NCBI RefSeq assembly: GCF_016433145.1
Contig: NC_058131.1
Location: 569,026,446-569,090,445 of the forward strand
Direction: 5' to 3'
Length of the DNA: 64,000 nucleotides
DNA from: Gracilinanus agilis
Taxonomy: Eukaryota
Each line of letters begins with the position of its first letter. The stretch's first letter is position 1. This document shows, piece by piece, positions 35,786-47,549 of the stretch. A program made the translations under genes and the position numbers. The notes below the pieces were generated by a model that saw only the letters and a program-made list of their open reading frames with translations, had not been told where the DNA came from and did no database searches.

Positions 35786-36649
35786 GTATGGTCATGAAAT
35801 GGAAATGAACATTTGGGGAAAGGCAGGAAATACAATTAGTTATGGGTGACTGTGGGAAACTAGAATCCTTTTATTGCCTTTGAATCAGTTGTAATACACT
35901 CATGTATGGAACCTTTACCGAAGCTAAATTACACATCAGTAAAGAACAATTAGCAATAAATTGTGTTTCTGTTCACACTTATTTGGAAGGTCAATTGTTT
36001 AAGGTATTTTGTCCTCATCAGAAATTTTTGCATATAAAACATTTGCTGAGTTTGTTTCCCTGGTATAAAATCCAAGAACTAGTACTTTGTTTGATTAGTG
36101 ATCACAGTAAGACAGATATGACTTCTAATAAAGGGCTTTGTGAAAATAAAGACAAACAGAAATACAGTTGATGAATTTGCTAATTTTTCTTCCTTGTACC
36201 TGGCATTTGCCCTTGTTAAACATTTTCTGTAACAGATTATTTATTCAACTCAATTATTCAAGAACAAATTATCTACAGTTTTCTGATATTCTCATCTTAT
36301 GAGCAAAGCTGAACCAGGTGGAGGTTATAAGCAAGTATGTCGGTTTCTGAATGTCTCTATAATCTGAAACATGAGCCACATGATGTGGTTTGCTGTTATT
36401 TTATATCATCTGTAATTTTTTTTCCCAACCTCACATCATTTACCCTGAATGATCAAGATAGAGATGTAGGCACATCCATTTTCAACTGGTCTTTGTTTTT
36501 CTATCTCCTTCTCTAGACTTTAGTTTCTTAGAGGATGGGTCTGTACCTTTTTCTTGTACCTATTACCCCAGAGTCCCTAAAATACTATCATGGCTTCAGG
36601 TACTGGATAAGCATTTGAAGAAAGTATCCTCAGAAGGAAAGGCACACAT

Positions 36650-36760
36650 CTCAGGGAGGTGGGGAGGGAAAGAGGGTGATATTTTAAAAAACAAAGGATA
36701 AAGATTGTTTTTCCATGTAATTGAGAAAAAATAAAATGTTATTTTTTAAAAAAGAAAAGG
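36650..36760 (+). mobile_element. L1 3' tip
   Basis: G-rich tract then gattgtttttccatgtaattgagaaaaaataaaatg and A-rich end. Confidence 0.45.
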
Positions 36761-37664
36761 CATAAAAGTCATGTTGGATGGACAGACTCAAAAACTAAAT
36801 ATCACATTAGAAGTTGGAGAAACATGGCACCTTAAGATAAAATAGTTAAAAATAATACCATTTATGAAGTGTTTCATAGTTTGCAAAATGCTTTCCATAA
36901 GCCATTTCATTTGATTCTTATAGTACCTGATAGGGTAATCAGGACAAGTGTTACTGACACCATTTTACAGCTGGAGAAACAAAGACTCAGGTTATCCACA
37001 GTCACATGGCTAGTAACTGGCAGAGCCAGAGTTCAAACTCAGGTCTTCTGATTCTAACTCTAATATTCTTTCTCCTATATCAAGCTAATTAATTATTTAA
37101 AAATTAATAGCAAAATCAGTAATTATTTACTGAGTATCTACTACATGAGAATCATGGGTTCTTAGAGCTTGGAGGGACCTTAGATATGATCTGGTCCAAA
37201 TTCCTTATTTTGTAGATGAGGAAATTAAGGCCAAAGAGGGTATATGACAGCTTGGACTAGAATCCAATTCTCTTGACTCTCAGCTCAGAACTCTTGCTAT
37301 GGGAGCTGGGGTAGTGTGAGAGGAACTGGGACTAAAGGACACTATTCCTTCACTATTTAGCATGTCAGTATCCTTAGATACTAAGGAAGTGCCAGATTTA
37401 AGGATCCCCAGAGAGGAAATTGTTTTGGTTTCTCTGCTGAAGTACAGGCTGCAAAGAGCCAGGAAACAGCAAAAGTATTCTTCCACACTCCAGGAAGGGA
37501 AGACTTAGGAGGAAAAAGCTCTGGGCTTAGTTTGAGGGACTGTTTCCAGCTTCCACATAGGCAAATATGTATTGGGTTCTCCATCCTCCCTACCCTACCC
37601 TACCTACACTTCTTTAGTCATCTTCTGCCATTCCCAAGAAACAGGATCCAATTTTTAGTTGTCC

Positions 37665-37862
37665 AGGGGGCAGCTAGGTGGCTCTGTGGAGTGAGGACTA
37701 GGCCTACAGTCAGGAGGTCCTGAGTATAAATCTGGCCTCGGACATTTTCTAGCTGAGTGACCCTGGGCAAGTCACTTAACCCTCATTGCCTAGCCCTTAA
37801 CATTTTTCTGCCTTAGAACCAGTACATAGTATTGGTTCTAAGATAGAAGAGTTAAAAAAAAA
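37665..37862 (+). mobile_element. SINE1-type SINE
   Basis: gggggcagctaggtggctc head, core, tail with poly-A. Confidence 0.85.
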
Positions 37863-39323
37863 TAGTCAGAAGACCCACTAAGTAATGGTCAAGTCTAATC
37901 TGAGGCAGGGGAGGGATTTAACAACTTGGAAGCCTGGGAATTACAAGAGAATTCTATGTCCTGGGGCTACCTCCCCATATTATAACCTCTCTGGGTATAT
38001 GTGTCATAGCTTGCCAGCCCTTGCCCTTAAATATATAGGTCAGTTTTCCCTAGGGGTGAAATAAGTGAGAAAGGCATTCTACTTTGCTCCCCTAGTATTG
38101 GCCATTTCTTTCCCCTTGGTTGAAATGTGGTAACAACTGGGTGCTGTCCAGCTTCAAAGGGAAGATGAGACTTGAGTATTCTCTGCCTCACTTCCTCTAC
38201 CTTGAGTGGTCTCAGGAACGGACACAGAAGCAGGACAAAGTGTATGGGGTAATGGGGTAATTAGCAAATAAGTCATGCCAAGCATGTCCCTAAATTCCTT
38301 GCCCCATGATGGGATTTCCACAGAAGCTTTCTAAGAATCCCTAGATTGAAAAGGGGGATTAGCGAGTCTTCATTTCTTGTGTTTTATCCCACATTCCTAA
38401 CTCCTGTTCCTCTCTCCCCCAACTAGATTCCTATAGGATCCTAAGCCCAGAGATGGTTTGGAGTCCACCCCTGCCCCACCATGTACTTACTCTCCCTAAG
38501 AAGTACCTCCATTCTCACATCAGGAATGGACAGAAGGGAGCATCTCAGCAGAATTGTCTTCCTCTCCTCCTCCACTGCTATAAAGCCTTAAGCATGACCA
38601 GAGATCAGAGTTTTGTCGTATTAATCCTAACTAGTACCAGCATAGAGTAACTTTTGAGTCAGAAAGACCCAAGTTCAAGTCCTACCTCTCACACACTCAC
38701 AGGCTTTGTGAGCCTGGATAAATCATTTAATTTCTCTCATTGTCCCAGGCTACTGCCCAAGAACTGTCGCCAGTCTGCATTGGTATAGTTTCTTTCCAGG
38801 AAAGTTCTTTACACCTTTACAGGTGTAGGCAGTACCCCAAAATCTCACAACCATAGACCAGGAACCTAGAGGTGTCAGTAAAGAGTGCAAGAATCTGCCC
38901 TATTGACTCTTTCTTGGGAAATAAGTGAATGACCCACAGAAACTGAGCCATTGAATACTTGGCCTCCTGGGGTCAGGACAAGCTCAAAGGCTCTAGAAAG
39001 ACATGTAACACCCCCAAAACCCCCCCAGGGCCATCCCATTATCTCAGCTTTTATTTGGGCCAACCCTTTCTGAATGTAACAACCCACAGGATTAACACTA
39101 AAAATAATATTCTTTCAGTAGCTGCCTATATTGGATCAGAACAGGCCTTATACATAAATCCCTCCTTTACCTGCTCCCTACTGGCTGAGATTTCTTTATT
39201 GCTTTATAAAATCCTGCCTCCTTCCTCATAAAATGTTGCCTCCTTCCCATTCTTCCAAGGCTATACCAAAGAGAAGATTCCTTGCCACCTGTATTCACCT
39301 TTCCTTCCCTTTTCCCCCAACAG

Positions 39324-39472
39324 GTTACACAGTTACTTCTGTTGTGTCCCGTGATCAGGGAAGGGTTTATGTGGCTGGAGCACCCCGGTTCAACCATACA
39401 GGCAAAGTCATCCTTTTCATGATGCACAGCAACCGTAGCCTAACAATCCACCAGTCTCTGAAGGGCGAACAG
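39324..39472 (+). CDS. ITGA11: Integrin alpha-11 exon 12 (149 bp), FG-GAP repeat
   Basis: caacag|GT...CAG|gtaaag; (G)YTVTSVVSRDQGRVYVAGAPRFNHTGKVILFMMHSNRSLTIHQSLKGEQ. Confidence 0.95.
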
Positions 39473-41084
39473 GTAAAGAAGACGTTGTAGGTGTGGGAGT
39501 GAGGAGGAGGGAGGCAGGGAGGGGACCGAAGGAGGAGGGCAGAAGAGAGAAGAGGGAATGAACCCTCTTCAGGTAGGGACCCTGGAGTTCCTCTCATCCA
39601 TTTCCTGGCTTCTGGGCAGGACTGCCTGCCCCTCGAGCCCATTGGAATCTCTTCTCTTTTTCAGGACTTCTGAGAAAGAGAACTCCTCAGCCTAGCCTGT
39701 CTGTCTGTCCCAGCAGCTACTAGAGCTGAAGGTTTCAGGCCTTGTGCTAACCTCACCCTGGAAAATCCCTTGGTGTTTCCTGCTGTTTTTATTTATTGCC
39801 TGGGCCTCTTATTTAATTGGATAGGGAAGTTCCTGGAGAGGAAAAGTTCCTCAACCAATGGAAATAAGCCAAACTGCCCCAGGGAGGGGCTTTGTACCCA
39901 GCACAAATGTTAGACAGCTTTGGCTCTGTCCCCCTAGCCACGCCACAGCTGGCCCGAAGTCACAGGACCTCAGGGAAGCAGCCGAAGGATGCTTAATGTT
40001 ACAGTAGTACCCTCCTGGGCACCCTTTCATGAGTCACATGGGCTTATCTCTGCAGAGAAATCCCCAGACGACCTTTCCAAAGTGGCAGGCCAAGTTTTTA
40101 CCCCCTTGATCACTAAAAACTATTCTCCTGTCAATGTATGTGTATCACAGCTTACCCCCCTTGCTGTAGAATATGAAGGTCAATCTTGCTAAGAATGAAA
40201 TAAGCAATTTATCCTTAGGAGCCCAAGAATTGCCTGGGACACGGAGAAGTTCAGTGACTTACTAAGGGTCCCATAAGTAGGATACATCAGAGGCTTTCCT
40301 GACTCTGAAGCTGATTCTAACCATCAGATTGTACAGCCTCTCCCCACTTCCTGCTGTAGCAGAAAGAATATAGGACGCTTCCTCTCTAGAGTAATCTTAA
40401 ACTCGGTTTAATAGTGTCTCTGTTCACTTGATTCACTTCTTTATCTTGACTTCTGGCATCTGTATAATCCTCACATTTTAACTACCCCTCCATTTGCCCT
40501 TATCATTCCATTCCTAATGCCTGACTTGTTTTTCCCAACTGACTTACGGTCCTTTTGAGGTGACAGACCACTGCCCATAGCCCAGCATGACCAAAGGGCA
40601 GGTCCCCCTCACGTCTAACGTAAACCCCTCAGACATGAGCAAGCCCCATCCTGCTAGCCTTGTCGTCCAGCTGAGCTGGCAGACAGCTGGTTACCACTGA
40701 CATTCTCAGTCTCACTCCCACACACCCACGCCCAGACTCTGGCTGGCTTTTTTGGGAATTGGATTCTAGTGCCTGAAAGTTAGAAGGGAAGCTATTTGAT
40801 GAATTTATGACATTTTCCCCACTGGGCTCTGACTCCAACATCCAAATGATAAACCACAGTCCTGAGGGCTTCTAAATTAAGTAGATTCCAAATTAAGGGG
40901 ACCTACATAGCTGAGGGCTTCAGGATCCACATGTTTAGAAAAGGGTTCGCCTCCCTATTTCTCTGTTTGTTTCTCTCCTTCTGTCTCCCATTGTTTATAA
41001 TCTCTCAATCTCTCAGTAGAAATAGATAAACACAATAATACAAGAATATATAGATATTCTTATATATATATTTATTTGTTTTAT

Positions 41085-41240
41085 AAACCCTTATTTTCTG
41101 TCTTGGTATTAATACACAGTCAAGGCTAGGCAATTGGGAGTTAAGTGACTTGCCCAGGGTCACACAGATAGGAAGTATGTTAGGCCAGATTTGAACCGAA
41201 GTTTTCCTGGCTTGAGGCTGTGCTACCTAGCTGCCCTGAT
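41085..41240 (-). mobile_element. SINE1-type SINE (internally deleted)
   Basis: aaacccttattttctgtcttgg...agttaagtgacttgcccagggtcacacag...gctacctagctgccc. Confidence 0.75.
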
Positions 41241-42369
41241 ACATATGTGTTCATATACCCACATATATGGCATATCTATAATATGTATTTATATGTATAT
41301 GTATAGAGAAGTAGATAGATGGTTCATTCCTTGTCTATCTCCAGTGCCTGGCACACAGTAACCATTAAAAATATTTATTGATTGATAGATGTTGCATTCC
41401 TCATCTTTGTATCCCTAGCACTGAGTTCATAGAAGCAAATTAATCAATGCTTATCAATAGATAGACAGACAGTTTTCCAAAGTCCTCATCCAGTGTCTCA
41501 TCATGGCATAGAAATGATTCTGGGTTCTTTAAAGATGTGCGTAAAGCACAAAGCTCTGGCAGGTCTTTGAGCTATAACTAGCCCAAGCTCAGGCACTGGG
41601 CAACCACTGCCCTGGGCCAAGCAGCACCAACTAGGGCAAAGAGCCAGGAATATGCCCTCAAATCTACTTTTTAATTCATGATGTAAAATAACACAAGTAA
41701 CTGATGCCAATTTAACAGCTGGGGAGAAAATTAGCCACTAGAATAGGAGGCCAGAGTTGTGAAGGATCTATCCAACCCACCAGAGAGCCTTCGGGGAGGC
41801 TCTGACCCACATATCAGTTGAAAAGGAGGGAAAGTAGTATTCTTGCTTGAAGGAAATATCACTGTAGGAAGAAGAGGAAAAGCAAGTGGGAAGGGAAATA
41901 CTCTTAGGGAGGGAGAAGAGCTATTTGCAGATTTCTTTATGGGACTGAGGGAAAGTGGTAGAGAATGACGAGCCTAGGGAATATTTTGCTAAATTTTAAT
42001 ATATTAAATGTTAACTTTTACACCCTCTGAATTTCCTACCCTTGGCAAAGCCCCAGTAGTCACATGTTAGTTATAATTCTGAGTACTAGCCATCGACCAG
42101 CATATCTGTCATTGAAAAAGGGAGAAGTAAGGCAGAAAGAATATTCAAACCATGGGGTATGCCCATGCAAAGACACAGACACAGGGGATTCAATACTCTA
42201 TACAGTGGATATCATATGGTCCAGTTTGCCTAGAACATGAAAGGGAGTGTTATGTAATAAGTCTGGAAAGAGGTCAGAGCCATACTGTGGAGGACATATT
42301 CCTTCCTAGAGGGAAAAGGGAGCCAGAGAAGCTCACTCCTCAACTTATTCTATCCATTCTATGGTGCAG

Positions 42370-42510
42370 ATTGGCTCCTACTACGGAAGTGAAATCAGTT
42401 CCTTGGATGTGAATAGCGATGGGGTGACTGACATTCTACTGGTTGGCGCACCAATGTACTTCAGCGAGGGCCGAGAACGGGGCAAAGTGTATGTCTATGT
42501 TCTGAGACAG
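42370..42510 (+). CDS. ITGA11: Integrin alpha-11 exon 13 (141 bp), FG-GAP repeat with Ca-binding loop
   Basis: gtgcag|ATT...CAG|gtaatg; IGSYYGSEISSLDVNSDGVTDILLVGAPMYFSEGRERGKVYVYVLRQ. Confidence 0.95.
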
Positions 42511-43184
42511 GTAATGCCAGAGAGTGCTGCCCTTCTACTTGGGAAACCCAGATCCCTGCTATGTGCATAATTTGAAAAAGGTCAACCTCTGATTGGGGCA
42601 ACTTCAATTCCTCCCCTTTAGCCAACCTCAGGGTCACTCCACTGTTCTCCAGTGCCCTCTGAAAGCAGATTGAGCTGTGGAAGTAGCAGGTCCTTTTCCT
42701 AATGCCTACCTTGTTGGGTCAGAACCAAAGAGGCAGGAGCCAGTATTTTCACCTCTAAAGTCAGAACACACATCCAGGAGCATCTCCAGGCAAAGAAGGG
42801 AAATCGATAACTGGATCAGACAACCGTCTAATTGACAAGAGGTGTTAATGATACACACACACAAATGCCCAATGCCCTCCCTACTTTGAGTCCTTCATTG
42901 AGGCACCACATTCAGGTTTCACTTCCCAAAGAACACCTCAGGTTGGACCTTTCCTTCTCTATCCAAAACCCCCAAGTACAATTCTCCTGTCCTTTGTCCC
43001 AACTTCTCAATGCCCGGCTCTCTTCTAGATAATCTGGTAAACAATTTTGGAGGGTTGTGACATAAATGGATGGGGGTACATAATAGGGTAATCTGTTCCC
43101 CCTCCTACAGATAACACATATGTAATTTATCAGGGTCTTCTGAAGACAAAATGCCTTAACCTATAGGAGACTTTTATAATATAT

Positions 43185-43433
43185 TAGTTGTTGAGTCATT
43201 TCAGTTGTGTCCAACTCTTTATGATCCCATTCAGGGTTTTCTTAGCAAAGATACTAGAGTGGTTTGCTATTTCCTTCTCCAATTCATTTTATAGATGAGG
43301 AAACTGAGGCAAAGAAGGTTAAGTGACTTGCCCAGGGTCATAGAGCTAGTATCTAAAGCCAGATTTGAACTCAGGTCCTCCTGACTCTAGGACCAGCACT
43401 TTTTCCACTCTGCCACCATGCTACCTAGTTGCT
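43185..43433 (-). mobile_element. Mar1-type SINE
   Basis: gttgttgagtcatttcagttgtgtccaactc...ttccttctcca...gaggaaactgaggc...atttgaactcagg. Confidence 0.85.
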
Positions 43434-44009
43434 TTAAGATAATAAATTTAGAATTGGAAGAAACTTTAGAGGCCATCTAATCTAACCCCATCATTGTTCA
43501 GATAAGGGAACAGAGGGTTAGTATGGCTGGCTAGCTCATGGTAATACAGTCATTAGGTATTGTAGGCAGGACTTGAATCCAAGACTTGCTGACTCAATAT
43601 CCAAATTGCATACTCTTATGCCTTTCATATTAATTTCATTAGTAATGGGAATTTCAGGCACTATGGAAGAGCAGGTGGGAGATGACTCTGTCTACACATA
43701 GCAGTGATTCCAGAGAAGCTTGAGCTTCCCTCAGAACTAAAGCCCAAGATGAGGTGCCATATAAGTTTGTTCAGAGAATCACAAATTCAAGGCTGGAAGG
43801 AACTTCAGAAGTCATCCTCTGTTCTAATCTCCTCATTTTACAGATAAGGAAACTCTGACAAACAGGGTTAAGTAACTTGCCCATGATCTTGCAGTTAACA
43901 AATATCAGAGATAAGATTTGGACCTCTTGAGTCCAGAGTCAATGCTCTTTGCAATAGACTAAGCAGGATTGCCAGAGACTAAAAAGTGAGCCCAAGTTGT
44001 AGGGTAGAT

Positions 44010-44270
44010 TATTTTGAGAGACAGACAGAAAGAGAAAGGACCTAAATAAATATAGAAAGATGAATGGATGCATGCATGAATGTATGGCTGAGTAGAGATA
44101 TGATGGATAATAGAGAGAATCATATAGAGAAGTATAGAAATAGAAAATCAGATAAATATAGAGGTAGATAAGCAAACATAGATATAGAGACAAAGATGCA
44201 TTAGAGAAATAGATGATTTAGGCAGATAGGGAATAAGAGTGATAAAGATAGGTAATAGATAGAAGAATCA
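44010..44270 (+). repeat. Degenerate (GATA/AGAT)n low-complexity tract
   Basis: Purine-rich, with repeated tagata/agatag motifs. Confidence 0.65.
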
Positions 44271-44738
44271 TATTGGAATTAGCTATGGACCATGCCCTAC
44301 AAATGTATTTTTAGATCCTCAGGAGAGTGATAATGTCTCTCTATAGTGTCTTCAGTTCTGGATTCCATGGCCTCTAACTCAGCCAGTCTTCCAGAGCCCT
44401 TGGCACCTTGCCTTGCAGGAAGATTGTGCACTCAGAAAGTGTCAGGGTCATTTCAAGATCTCCCCAGACCCTAATCTTCTTCAGAGGAGTTATTCTTATT
44501 ATGCTGAGAATGAAACTAGAGAATTTTCCCTCTATCTAGCCATTCCTAGAGACAGAAGTAGGGGTAGGGTTATGGGGGGAGTGCCCTGAGGGGTTCCGTC
44601 TCAGCTGTCCCTCAGTTCTCTCAGCATACTTCTAGTTCTATGCCTAAGATTTGGGACACCAATAGTAGGGAATAATGATGGTAGGGCAACTTGGCCAAGT
44701 TCCCCGTGGGTCTTCTCCTATCCCTCTTCTGTCCACAG

Positions 44739-44942
44739 AACCGGTTTATTTATGATGGGACACTAAAAGATTCTCACAACTACCAAAATGCCCGGTTCGG
44801 CTCCTCCATCTCCTCAGTAAGAGATCTCAACCAGGATTCCTACAATGACATCGTGGTAGGCGCTCCTCTGGAGAACGACCACCAGGGAGTCATCTACATC
44901 TTCCATGGCTTCCGGAACAACATCCTGAAGAGGTATAAGCAG
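44739..44942 (+). CDS. ITGA11: Integrin alpha-11 exon 14 (204 bp), FG-GAP repeat
   Basis: ccacag|AAC...CAG|gtaaag; NRFIYDGTLKDSHNYQNARFGSSISSVRDLNQDSYNDIVVGAPLENDHQGVIYIFHGFRNNILKRYKQ. Confidence 0.96.
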
Positions 44943-45164
44943 GTAAAGCTTCCTTAACCTGAGCTGTATTTCTCTTGAGTCTCAGACAACCTCTAACTTG
45001 GGCTTGCAGGGAATACCAGCATGCACTAGCCTGCTTGCCTTGACTAGCCAATTCTGGCAAATTCCACTCCATTCTTGAGTGATTTTTGTCCCCCTAACAA
45101 TGCAGGGCTCAACTCAAAATGAATAGAATCTTTGTTCTTTTTCTCTTTCTCACTATATGAAAGT

Positions 45165-45785
45165 AAGAGGGTAGTTCTCTGTAAGGAGGTAAAAGACAAA
45201 AAGAATGCTTCTACATATACCAAAATATTTATAGCAGCACTTTTTAGCAAAGAACTAGAAATAGTAGATTGCCCACTGACTGGATAATGGTAGAACAAAT
45301 TGTTGTGTGTGAAGGGCATAGCATATTACTGTATCATAAGAAACAATATGAACAATTCAGAAAAACAAGAGAAGACTTAAATGTACTGATACTAAGTGAA
45401 GTAAGCGGAACCAGAGGAAAAAATAGGCACATTGATTAAAATGTAAATGGGAAACAAACAATAAAAAAGAGTAAATGTTGTTTGATTACAATAAGCAAGT
45501 TTACTTAGAAAAAAAGAAGAGAAGATACATTTCCCTCCTTTACTTACAGAGGTAGGACGTTAGGGGATATAGTAGAAAATAATGATGGTGGGAACGTGAT
45601 GGTGGTGTCAGATTCCACTGAGGTATTTAGACCATTTTGCTGCATTGCTTTTTTTGGGGGGGGTGGTATTTCTTTTCTATTATTCATTATAATGGCAAGC
45701 TCTCTAGGGAAGGAGGTGGTCAGGATGTATTTGGAAAATAAAATAAAAATTATCAATAAGAAAATCTATAAAAAAGAAAAGTATC
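45165..45785 (+). mobile_element. Old L1 fragment (ORF2 C-terminus remnant plus 3' UTR)
   Basis: taccaaaatatttatagcagcactttt (TKIFIAAL), agtgaagtaagcggaaccag, A-rich end at about 45735-45785. Confidence 0.7.
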
Positions 45786-46314
45786 CTGAACATAGGAGGG
45801 AAGAGTTTATTATCACTGCTAAAAGGGATGCACCTAAGGGAATACATGGTGAATAGCCCAAATATTACAGGCTCTCTCTCCCTATGTCATCTGAATAGAC
45901 TGAGATTCGTATTTTCAACCCATGGATTACCTTTATGGACAGTGAATCGCACAGTGAGTGACTCGATTTTGCCCTAGCCATAACTGACTAGTTAAAATTC
46001 TAACGTGAATAAATTTTACATTTCCTCTTTTTGTATCCTTCTTTCTCCCTAATTCTACAATACCTTACCAGGTACTTGGTACCCTCATGCTACCTCCTTT
46101 GCCTATTGGGGCCTCCTGGATAGTACCCTTTCCCTACCCTTTTCTTGATATCAAAACTGACTTGTGTTCCATCTCCTTAGAATTATGTTCTTTAGTGGCA
46201 ATAAGTTCATCTGAGAAGCTAATTCATGTTGATGAGGACAAGGGATCATGTGTTCCCTAGCTAGGCAATAAATTATTATTTTAACAAAAGACACCTTCTA
46301 AAATCACTGCCTTG

Positions 46315-46515
46315 GGGGAAGCTGTCTGGGTAGATTGAGAGGCAGGCCTAGAGATGGGAGGTCCTGGGTTCAGACCTGGCCTCAGATACTTCCTAGCTTT
46401 ATGACTCTGGGCAAGTCACTTAGCCCCCCATTGCCTAGCCTTTACCACTCTTCTGTCTTGGAACCAATACACAGTATTGATTCTAAAATGGAAGGCAAGG
46501 ATTTTTTGAAAAAAT
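46315..46515 (+). mobile_element. SINE1-type SINE
   Basis: Head, core and tail; imperfect TSD aaatcactgcctt / aagccactacctt. Confidence 0.85.
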
Positions 46516-46538
46516 AATGTAAAGCCACTACCTTAATT

Positions 46539-46773
46539 CAGGAGTTCTTAATCTTTTTTGTGTCATGGCCCCTTTTGGCAATCTGGTAAAACCTATGGAC
46601 CCGTTCTCAGAATAATGTTTTTAAATGCATAAAATAAAATACATAAAATTTTTATGATCTTACACTTGTCTTGAGATAAGAATGTAAGTTTTTCCCCATC
46701 CAGATTTTCAGACCCCCTGAAATCAATCCATGAACTCTTTGTGATTGGTGAACCTTAAAGTTAAGAGGTCCTA
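46539..46773. mobile_element. hAT-Charlie-type MITE (most complete copy of this family in the window)
   Basis: Starts caggagttcttaatcttttttgtgtcatggccccttttggcaatctggt; degenerate opposite TIR agttaagaggtcct. Confidence 0.65.
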
Positions 46774-46847
46774 CTTTAACCCCAAAGAATTATATTAATG
46801 GTGGAAATTTCCAGCACATTGGAAAGCCTTGAAGAAAAATGTCCTTA

Positions 46848-47051
46848 GGGGTAATTAGGTGGTTCAGTGAATTGAGAGAGCCAGGCCTAGAGGTAGGAGG
46901 TCCCATGTTCAGATCTGGCCTCAGACTCTTCATAGGTGTGTGACCCTGGTCAAGTCACTTAATCCCCATTGCCTAGCCTTTACCACTCTTCTACCTTGGA
47001 ATCAATACTACTATGACTCTAAAACAAAAAGTAAGGGTTATAAAAAAGAAA
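46848..47051 (+). mobile_element. SINE1-type SINE with TSD
   Basis: TSD aagaaaaatgtcctt / aagaaaaatatcctt. Confidence 0.85.
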
Positions 47052-47222
47052 AAGAAAAATATCCTTGAGCTGGGAAGGTGACAAAACCTTGGTAGCCTTA
47101 AACCACATCACATAAGCAGCTCCCTATCCCAATTCTACCTAGGGATTTCCCTGGCTCCATCCCTCCCAATTTTCCTACACCTGGAGGTGGATGAGCCCAG
47201 TTTTCTCTTTCTCACCTTACAG

Positions 47223-47353
47223 AGAATTGCCTCCTCAGAGCTGGCCCCAGGCCTCCAGTATTTTGGCTGCAGCATCCATGGGCAATTGGATCTCAATGAA
47301 GATGGACTCATTGACCTGGCAGTGGGATCCCTTGGTGGTGCTGTGATCTTATG
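47223..47353 (+). CDS. ITGA11: Integrin alpha-11 exon 15 (131 bp), last FG-GAP repeat
   Basis: ttacag|AGA...TTA TG|gtgggt; RIASSELAPGLQYFGCSIHGQLDLNEDGLIDLAVGSLGGAVIL(W). Confidence 0.95.
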
Positions 47354-47501
47354 GTGGGTCACCCCCACTTTTTCAGGATTCTGGCTTCTTCTGAAGATTC
47401 TGCAAGGCTTGGATGTCCAGGGGGAGGAAGGGGCTTCACCTAAACTTCTAGAGAGCAGGGTGCTAGCAGCTGACATTCGCTCATTCAAAAAACATGTATT
47501 A

Positions 47502-47549
47502 CAAAGATGCCCATTATCACCTTTGTTATTTAACATTGTACTAGAAACA
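47502..47549 (+). mobile_element. 48-bp internal L1 ORF2 reverse-transcriptase fragment with 15-bp TSD
   Basis: Translates QRCPLSPLLFNIVLET; flanked by aaaaaacatgtatta at 47487-47501 and 47550-47564. Confidence 0.8.
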
